In this document: positions 41,670-50,147 of the stretch, piece after piece
Layout of the letters: the number at the start of each line of letters is the position of its first letter
How positions within the stretch are numbered: position 1 is the first letter of the stretch
Made by a program: the position numbers and the translations under genes
Assembly: GCA_000320545.1 (NCBI GenBank)
Contig: ADNK01000344.1
Coordinates: 4,126-68,125 of the forward strand
Direction of reading: 5' to 3'
DNA length: 64,000 nt
Source: Bigelowiella natans CCMP2755
Lineage: Eukaryota > Protista > Cercozoa
The notes under the pieces: model-generated
What the model saw: the letters and a program-made list of their open reading frames with translations, nothing else
Database searches by the model: none
What the model was told of the DNA's origin: nothing

Positions 41670-42200
41670 TCCGTTTTCGAACATTATCGTACTGCTATTA
41701 GGACTAGTACCGGTAAAACTTCCTGCTGCCCAAATCTTGATTTGGTATCACCTGAAGAGACAAAACAACCAACTTATTAACGGTCATAATGTCATGAGAT
41801 ATATCTTCTCTTATGATTTCTCCGGTGTACTACTATTACTACCTTTATCCCAAAATAACAAGTGTAAAGAAGGTTATCATATATTGCAACAACAATATAC
41901 TACTACTACTACTACTACTACCATTCTTCTCGGTGCGTAGGAGATCACGACGGATAGCCTCGATCTTCTTCTTAAAATCCTCTTTGGCTTCTACACGCTT
42001 CTTCCGCGAAAACACTACCTGTTATGAGTTAATCATAAGGGAAATATCTGAATTTAGTGTCGATATTGCTGTAATTGTTAGCAGTTGAGTAGCAGTTGTT
42101 GTAGTTGTATGGATGGTAGTAGAGGTGGTGTAGTCGCTCATCTCGATGTTGAAGCACATTCGTACAAAATGAGTCTGGGGAGCGAACTTGAAGTAGAAAT

Positions 42201-42250
<50 letters not shown>

Positions 42251-42277
42251 ATGTGTGTCTCTCTAAATTTATGATGT

Positions 42278-42327
<50 letters not shown>

Positions 42328-42616
42328 ATGTGTGTGTGTGTGTGTGTGCGCGCGCGCCCCCGCGTGTATGTGAGCCGATTTAATTTACATAACGTGATGA
42401 TCACAAGACCTCTCTCTCTTCCAAGAGGTCAAATTGTCTTGCAACATGGCGAAGTCTCATTCGTTTGAATTTTGATCTTGCCATTGCACTAATGGATTGG
42501 AGGATTGGAGGTACACACACACACACACACACACACACATGTGTGTGTGTGTGTGTGTGTGTGTGTACATATTTGCAGCAGACCACTAAGCCAAAACAAA
42601 CGATCACTGTACTCGT

Positions 42617-42657
<41 letters not shown>

Positions 42658-43300
42658 ACGTCAACAATAAATTTTGAGCACATGCGCACAAGCATAATTT
42701 TATAAATAAGCTGCAACCCTCTGAAGAGGCTCTGAATCTTGATAGCAGCAAACCTGTTTGATATGACGACAAGATAACATCAACAAATGCTCATTCTTCC
42801 ACTACTCCTAAAACTGCTGTTTATTATTACGTGAAGCAATCAACAATTACCCATGAAACTTTTCCTTATTGCCACTCATGTTAGCAAAGAGTTGTTCCAG
42901 CTATCCAAACATATTATTTGCATTCAGATGAATAAATGATAAAATGTTGATCATCATGATCGTGCACTACTAGATCTATCTATTTATTCTGCAACATACA
43001 TTGTTTCTGCGACTCTGATGATCCTCCTCAACTTCAATACAGCAAGAAGCTCCAATTGTTCAACAATGATTACGAAGTCAGTGACTTATAGCAAGCACTG
43101 ACTAACGGGCTTACAGCTAATAATGAGATGGGGAAGAATCAGTGAGAAGAGCTCAGCAATGACGATCATTTCATTTGCAACATCTATCTGCCGCCATCAT
43201 TTTCTTTAACAGCTTGGTCCAACATACTAAAACAAGTGGATGGGCCAACTAGTAGTCTACCGAGCTTTGTTGTTGTGTGTAGGAACCTACTAGTTGCAAG
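27914..43300 (-). CDS. PPEF/rdgC-like Ser/Thr phosphatase (PPP family) with IQ motif and C-terminal EF-hands; many exons, ends approximate
   Basis: AAIKIQSLFRG|AMAR IQ motif (~42745-42470), VIVGDLHGQLDDL (~38605-38640), FNGDFVDRG (~38130-38160), LNRGNHE (~37860-37880), IFVVHGG (~36905), EDLLW|SDP, VVRSHE (~34440), LVTVFSAS (~34200) and EF-hand YFDYDGDGKLSTEEF (~30205-30247). Confidence 0.88.
35752..35996. repeat. About five tandem 44-50-bp units, each containing the splice acceptor of a PPEF exon
   Basis: gaacagatggtctggtagtggtag...agatcatgtat repeated five times. Confidence 0.8.
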
Positions 43301-44080
43301 GAAGAAGAAGAAGAAGAAGGAACCCCTTCCGTCCGTCCGTCAGAGACTACTATTATTTCCTACTGCTTCTGCTTCTTCCTCTTCCTCTTCCTCTTCCTGG
43401 TAAATATTCTACGATATATTACCATCATAGACCTACAGACTACTACTTATTTTTCCTATCGATGTCAGATTGATTCATTGATACAATGAGTTGAGTTTCT
43501 TCTTCTTATTTCTTGTAAAAAGTAAGAAATGAGAAGAAATGTTCTACAATTGTCATCGTATCAACGGCAAGCAACATTCCAAGAAGACAAATTTAAGAAT
43601 TAGTTAGTTACTACTTTAAGCTACAATTCTATTTGCATCCTTGACAAAACTACTACTAACTTCCCAGCTATATTTGTTCTTTCATCGATTAAGTAATTCT
43701 CCCATAGTTGTTGTCCGAGATTAGAGAGTGCTCATCAGATATATTTACTACATAAATGTGTCCAATCACAACAACAACACCAACAACATCATCATCAACA
43801 ACAACAACAACATTGACAAAAAACTATAATACTTCTTATTTCCATACTAACCAACCAACTACCAAGAGGAGGAGGAGGAGGAGGAGAGGAGGACCACATT
43901 TTGATATAACATCATCGGGTGGTGGAAGAAGTGGAAAGTCGTCAGGAAAAAGAAGAGGAAGGAAAGAAAGTACTAAAGAAAGAAGCAATCAAAGGGATTT
44001 TCCTTGAGCAGCTCTTCCTCTCTCTGGGTTAACCTTCAAGTATTTCACTATTATCAGTGGCTACTTGTTATCTAAAAACC

Positions 44081-44638
44081 ATGGCACTACTCAAAGGATC
44101 ACTCCGTCACTTCACCACTATTTCTCGCCCATTTTTCAACCGCCGTCTGTTTTCAAAATACAAGAATCCCCTCTCGTGGAAACTTCTAGTACCAAGAGTT
44201 TCTACTGGTGGGTACATGCGTTACAGAGCATTTACAGCGGACAGTTTCCGAGATCCTGCCACAACAAGCTTATCTAATGAGAGTAACTCATCATCATCAT
44301 CTCAAGATGACGGTGTACTTCAAGCTCTAGGGACCGGAGCTAGATCAAATGAGAGGATGATGATAGCGTTCACCTGCAATGTTTGCGGAACGAGATCTGC
44401 AAGAATGTTCAGCAAGAAATCTTATGAGGAAGGAGTTGTCATCATTACCTGTCCAGAGTGCAAAAGTAATCATCTCATAGCGGATAGATTGGGGTGGTTT
44501 GATGACGAATCTGTCGACATCGAAACCATCATGCGGGAGAAAGGGCAGGAAATCGTTCACATCAAAGACTCAGATGGTGGCGGCTCATTCCAATTGGCAA
44601 GCACACCCTGTGAGGAAGACCAGAGGAGAGAGGAGTGA
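44081..44638 (+). CDS. ZIM17: Mitochondrial DNL-type zinc-finger Hsp70 escort protein (Tim15/Zim17/Hep1)
   Basis: Uninterrupted ORF with a basic presequence and FTCNVCGTRS..FSKKSYEEGVVIITCPECKSNHLIADRLGWF (zf-DNL signature). Confidence 0.93.
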   Translation: MALLKGSLRHFTTISRPFFNRRLFSKYKNPLSWKLLVPRVSTGGYMRYRAFTADSFRDPATTSLSNESNSSSSSQDDGVLQALGTGARSNERMMIAFTCNVCGTRSARMFSKKSYEEGVVIITCPECKSNHLIADRLGWFDDESVDIETIMREKGQEIVHIKDSDGGGSFQLASTPCEEDQRREE

Positions 44639-44769
44639 TGCTATAGCTAACCAATTATTGTTCCTCTTACTACATATACAAATAAAGCCACAGTGTACAC
44701 ATACGTAAAAGGGATGTAATGAAACAATGATTACATTTTTTGTATGGTCATCCTAATGTAGCTGTTCAA

Positions 44770-45760
44770 AGTGGCAACTAGAGCGCTGATGTTGTGTCTG
44801 TTGGTTTCTGCTGTGATATACGTCATTCATGTTTGCGAATGCATTGGTGGTGCAGTGCCCGATGATCTAGTGATCACTGCTAGACCGGCCTAGCTTGCTA
44901 GTGGCTGCATGGAACAATGCACATCTCTGATCTGCATGCATGCAAGGGCTAGACTAGTAGAAGGAGTCGCTGCATGTCGATCCCTGCTAGCCTGGGCATG
45001 TGCACACATCATCACACATGGCTAGCTAGATGGCAGTACGTACGTTCGCACATGTACAGTGCACGTACATGCTATATGCACATGTACAGTGCACGTACAT
45101 GCTATATGCACATGTAGCATGTGCTAGAGTGATGATGTGCAATGACGATGCCTCATTCATGGTGGCATGCATGATCTAGTATTGTGGCACGTGCCGTGTC
45201 ACTGCTTTACACCACAGCTATAGACAGTCTACATCAGGATGACCATTGAATAAAAGGTTCAACTCATCATATTCTAGCATTCATTGCGCTCCGTCTGATG
45301 TTGCTACAGTGTGTTGTTCGTGCATGTGTCTTGCATGCATGCACTACAGCACCATCTAGTCATGTTGCGTTGCATACCTATACGCACGCTAGCTAGCTAG
45401 ACATGATTGTGTTTAGACTGCATTATTCATATGTTCAGACGCATGCACAGCATGTACTAGTGTAGCTAGATGACCCTTTGCGCACACTCTAGACACTAGC
45501 TAGCTAGCTAGACATGATTGTGTTCAGATTGCATTTGTATGTTTAGACGCATCTAGGCATGCACAGCATATAGCTAGATAGCGCACATATTATTTGCAAA
45601 TGAATGTGTAAACACAGCAGCATAGCAACGCTAGCAATGGCATGTACGTGTGTATAATACTACATTGTTTAAATGAAGAACGAAGCCAAGAACAGTCCTG
45701 TGCACACCGTGTCACTATGTGCTAGAGTAGCTGGTGCATAGCAGCGCGTGGTCGAACCAC
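44770..45760. other. TpA-depleted, CTAG-rich intergenic spacer with internal duplications
   Basis: Many CTAG/GCTAGCTAG and TGCA/CATG. Duplicated blocks at 45050-45115 and 45388-45550. Confidence 0.7.
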
Positions 45761-46401
45761 ACACTTTGCAGAATACAGACTACTTACATTTGATAAGCAA
45801 TCTTAATAAATATGCAAGTATCGGTGTGTATTGTTTACATATACCTCCGTCCCCTGCTCGGATCATCATCTCACACACCATCGAGGCTGTTTATTAACTA
45901 TTAGGATAATTATATATGGTCAAAGATATGCAGGACAACTAGCAACTCGCTGATTATTACAACAGTTATATTGTTTCCGGGCTAATTATCATAATTTATC
46001 TGGTACATTAGCTAAAAGTTATACATGGTGACTCTTTTATCAGGAACTGTACATCCTCGTCATCACCCGTGAGGAGAGAGTAGATTTATTTTTTCTGGTT
46101 GAATAGAGCATTAGTTGCAGAGTTTTAACTATGGCTCTTTTGTTGAATGTCTTGTTGACAGCATTGCTAAGCTGTGAATAAAATTTTACAATTTTTTTTC
46201 GTATATATTTTACAATACAATATATTGTCATATCAGCAGTCCCTTTTAATATCAGGTGCCCAAATCAGAAACAACGCCACTATAATCTTAACAGGCATGT
46301 TTCATTATCTATCATTGACGCGACTGTCTGCTATCTCCCGACAGGAGTCTCCCCTGATCAATCTTTTGATAGTAACTATAACGATGTACAGGTATGTCAA
46401 G

Positions 46402-47481
46402 CTAATTTTGGAGAGGATTCCTAGAAAAGATTATCATTCCTGTGATGTGATATAATAGAATCATTTGCTTTCCTTTTCCTGCTCTTAAAAATCCACCGAA
46501 TTTACATGTCCTTGAAGCAGCTTCTTTACACTTGTGCAACGAGTCAACTTCACATTTCAAAATCTGGAGAAATTCTGAATATCCCCGGACAGTCAGTAGG
46601 AGAGTTTGAAACATGACACGAAATTTGATAACTATCGTTCTGAGGGAGCGGGCCTTCCGCGCCAACGTTCTCTCGAAGAGGATAATGAGAGGGCAGAGAT
46701 TTCTTCTCATGCCGTTCGCAACCAGCGACCACGGCGTTAGTAGTTGCTGCACCCATCATGATACTCTGAATTTCCTCTACAGCTTTCACCTCTTCATTCT
46801 CACTGACATCAACGTGATCATGAGGCTGGTCTTGATGATCTACTGTGGAGTGGAATAGAAGATTACTGTGGGAAATCACTGCCACTGCTTTGCGTGGTTT
46901 CGGGACAAGAAGCTGCGGCTTCTTCTCATCCCCAATAACAGTAGATTTCCCTTCATCTCTCAAGTTTGCTGCTTTGGCCACCATGCCAGGTTTATTGTTA
47001 ACCTGAAGCTGATTTTTGAGGCTATTGGTCAGATTCTCATAGATGCTTGCTGAGGAGAGAGCAGAAGGCGGCCAGCTATGACAACGAAGTCGGAAGCTTT
47101 GTAAAGGGCCCGTACCTAAGCTTCCCATCTACGTCAGAATGTTAATTGAGCTTGTGATCGCCTCTTTGCTAAATTATTGCAATGGAGGCTGGAGGCTGGG
47201 TGGAGCAAAACAACGTAACTTGATTCACAGTCCACAGATATCGCTACAATAGCAGGGTATTTTTGGAATACGACATCTATAGAAACTTGATATCTGTTGG
47301 TTTTAGCTGTTGCTTTGATTAGATCTCGCTTGTTTTCGATATCATTCTGTACCATTATTGAACTTCGAATAGTTCGAAACCACCACATCAATTCATTCTC
47401 ATTCAGTGGTCAGATCTACGTAATAAAACGACATCTAGTAGATCTAGGAAACTGCTGTTCAGGAACAAACGTCAGTGGCAT
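46402..47481 (-). CDS. Hypothetical protein (few introns)
   Basis: Adjacent same-strand ORFs 47134-47391, 46550-47128 and 46402-46752 have protein-like composition and no microsatellites. ATG at 47481. No recognisable domain. Confidence 0.45.
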
Positions 47482-47698
47482 TTTTAGGTAGATCTACGAG
47501 TGGTACGCAGGGTGAAAACTGAACAAGTCTAGCCTTCCGTTCGTCACAGTTTGCCGAGCATTTCCTCAACGCGACAATACATTTTTAAAAAAATTGGCGT
47601 GCACGTGCGTGATGCAATGCATTTGTCGCTGGTTCGTGCTCTCTCAGACCGCTAGAGCTAAGCTGGCTAGTTGTTCGAGGCACTGAGTTTCGTGCATT

Positions 47699-48024
47699 TG
47701 TTGCGCGTAAGGTGTTCACAGGCCGAGGCGCTACGTGCACAAGTAGGCAGGGGGGGGGAAAGGCACGTTTGCTTCCTTTTGAAGAGTTGTGTTTATTTTT
47801 ATTAAAGATTATATTTTTATTAAATCGTGCACTGCGTAATCATTCGCGAAGCTTTCGCGAATGCCGCCGCACGTGGGGCAGCACACTTCCGGTGTGCTGC
47901 CATGAGTCCCGCCGGAACCCACGTGCCTATGCTGTATTAATATCTACGTTATCTATATTCTATATCCGCGACAACCCCTTTGTTGTCGCACGTGACTTGT
48001 GCCCGCGTAGTGGTACGCGCTACA
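47699..48024 (-). repeat. 3' LTR (326 bp)
   Basis: Runs TGTTGCGCGTA...TACGCGCTACA; the terminal inverted repeat matches at 10/11. Confidence 0.96.
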
Positions 48025-48032
48025 CCTCCCCC
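48025..48032 (-). promoter_or_regulatory. Polypurine tract
   Basis: Minus-strand GGGGGAGG directly abuts the TG of the 3' LTR. Confidence 0.8.
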
Positions 48033-48075
48033 AAGTCACGTTGCTCCTTCCTTCCTTCCTTATTCCCTTAGACCT

Positions 48076-50139
48076 TCATCGCTTTCGGAACTTCACCAAC
48101 CACCAGGTAATAGATTCCTCTCTAACCTTATCTCCTTTGTCGCTTACCCAGAACTCACCTTCGTCCTTAGGTTCGTGTCCATACCAGCCCTCTGCATCAA
48201 GGTCCCCCAGGACCTTATACCAGTGCTCAAAGGGTAAGTCGGGAACAGCTAGGTAGAGTAGCTGATATTTTCCGTCCTTTATTTTCATAGCTACCCTCTC
48301 CATATTTCGTAATCCAGGGTAGCCTAGATAGACAATCTTCATGCGCCAATCGTCGTTCACCCTGACCTTATTGTTTCCATATTCCACATCGAACTTAGGT
48401 CGGGGTCCTAAACAAGGCATTGCTCGCTCCCACACAGTAGGGTTTACTTTAACATCCTCTAGGAGCTTCTCACCGATATCATAATTCTTTAGGTGACTGA
48501 TGTGGCGCAAGGTGACCCTGTTCCCATCATAGATGTAGTACTGCTTCCTCCCCTTCCTCTCGGTAACCTTTGCAACGCCACCCCAGAAGGGGTCTTGTTT
48601 ATTTCTCGATCTCAGATTTACCTTGGCCCTAACATACTGTCCTTCCTTTAGAACTCGGCCATCGTACGGGACCTTCTCGTCTTCGCTCTCGGTATCGTCG
48701 TCGTTGTCGTCGCCTTCTTCCCTCTCCTTATCCTTGATACCTCCCCCAGACGTGAAGGTGTCGTTTACTAACCCTTGTATCTTGTCTGGTGTGGTGCTAT
48801 TTATCCTGCTTAGGTTGGCCAAGGTGCGGTGGAGTCGCTCTACCTTGGAGTTGGACTGGGCATAGTATACAGGTGAGGCATCAATATTAGGGTGTGGTAG
48901 CTGTAGAAGAGAGGTCTCATTATCCACATGTAACTTCTTTGGTATCTTGTTTATGCTAACTTCATCAGGGATAGCCTGGAGCTCAGACTCCCAGGTACGG
49001 TAGCAGTTAGTAAGCCTCTGCTTATATAAGCCTTTGTTCTTCTTAGCAACGTTGACCTTGATAATCTTTTTAACCCAGCACTTTCCAGTGGCCACATCAA
49101 CGAAGGTAAGGTAGTGATAGCCATCGTACTTATAAACATCAATTTGCACGATATCTAAGAAGTTCCTTGCTTTGATTTTCTTAGATGCACGGCTCTTGCT
49201 GGACTCCTTGGTGGCGACGCCTGCCGCCTTCAAGCTGGAGCACCTGCAGCCACGCAGGTATGTCCTTATCTCTTTTAGCTTGTAGGGCCAGTAGTAATGG
49301 TAGAGTAGAGCAGTGATATGGTTTTCTCCTACGTGTGCAGGTCCATGGGCGGTAAAGAGAAGGGCTCCCCTGGTCCGCCGTGGCACGTAGGTACGCCTAA
49401 CATTATTAGTGTATACATATATCCTATCACTAAGTACCTCATGCTTGTGTTTGTATTTATCCAGGTGTTCTTGAAGGTGCTGGAGCTCCTCTGGCTCAGG
49501 CAGGAAGTCGCCGTCCTCGAAGGTAATCGCGTTAACCATAGGGGTGACCTGGGTAGGGACTTTCTTTTCGAACAGCCTGCTGAAATAGTCAGCAAGCTGC
49601 TTGTCTCCTGGTGCGTAGACCACTGTCCTCTTGTCCCTAAACTCTTCCGTGTCCGCCCTCATAGCTGCATACTCATCGTTAGGCGCTTCGAGCTTGCGGT
49701 CGATGCCTAGGAGGGGCTTGTGGTCAGTCATTAAGGTGAAGCTGGGCACCGACAGCAGGTAGTATCTTAGTTTCCTCTGCGCCTCAGTCATGGCTTTATA
49801 CTCTCCTTTTGTAGGGCTGTACTTGGCCTCAGCTGCTGTGCAGGCCCTGCCCCACACCCGTATGATCTGCTGGTCTTGGGTAAGTACAGCAGCCATACCT
49901 AGCTTAGACCAGTCTGTCCATAGGGTAGCTGGTCTAGTAGTGTCTAGCTTAGCATTCAATAGGGTGTTGCTGCATAACTTTATTAGGTTATCGAAGTGGG
50001 CATCAAGGCCAGCCTTGGCCCACACCTTAGCGAAGCTGAGGCCTACAGAGTTCTCCTTCCGGTAAGCAGTAGTAAAAGCAGCTGCAGTCCTAGCGTAGGT
50101 AGGGGAGAACCTACGTAGTATCCAAGCTGCAGTCTGCAA
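48076..50139 (-). CDS. RT-thumb/RNase H/integrase plus a C-terminal extra domain (second part, -1 frame)
   Basis: RNase H motifs WTDWS, YSPTKGE, TDHKPL and ADYFSR; integrase motifs HGPAH..CRC, QIDVY, VDNE and SNSKVERLHRTL. Confidence 0.93.
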   Translation of the reverse strand: MQTAAWILRRFSPTYARTAAAFTTAYRKENSVGLSFAKVWAKAGLDAHFDNLIKLCSNTLLNAKLDTTRPATLWTDWSKLGMAAVLTQDQQIIRVWGRACTAAEAKYSPTKGEYKAMTEAQRKLRYYLLSVPSFTLMTDHKPLLGIDRKLEAPNDEYAAMRADTEEFRDKRTVVYAPGDKQLADYFSRLFEKKVPTQVTPMVNAITFEDGDFLPEPEELQHLQEHLDKYKHKHEVLSDRIYVYTNNVRRTYVPRRTRGALLFTAHGPAHVGENHITALLYHYYWPYKLKEIRTYLRGCRCSSLKAAGVATKESSKSRASKKIKARNFLDIVQIDVYKYDGYHYLTFVDVATGKCWVKKIIKVNVAKKNKGLYKQRLTNCYRTWESELQAIPDEVSINKIPKKLHVDNETSLLQLPHPNIDASPVYYAQSNSKVERLHRTLANLSRINSTTPDKIQGLVNDTFTSGGGIKDKEREEGDDNDDDTESEDEKVPYDGRVLKEGQYVRAKVNLRSRNKQDPFWGGVAKVTERKGRKQYYIYDGNRVTLRHISHLKNYDIGEKLLEDVKVNPTVWERAMPCLGPRPKFDVEYGNNKVRVNDDWRMKIVYLGYPGLRNMERVAMKIKDGKYQLLYLAVPDLPFEHWYKVLGDLDAEGWYGHEPKDEGEFWVSDKGDKVREESITWWLVKFRKR

Positions 50140-50147
50140 GAATGACT

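Noticed and set aside
44081-44638. Intronless Zim17 as a retrocopy
   Set aside because: No poly(A) remnant or TSD is visible and the ORF is intact; short intronless genes need no special explanation.
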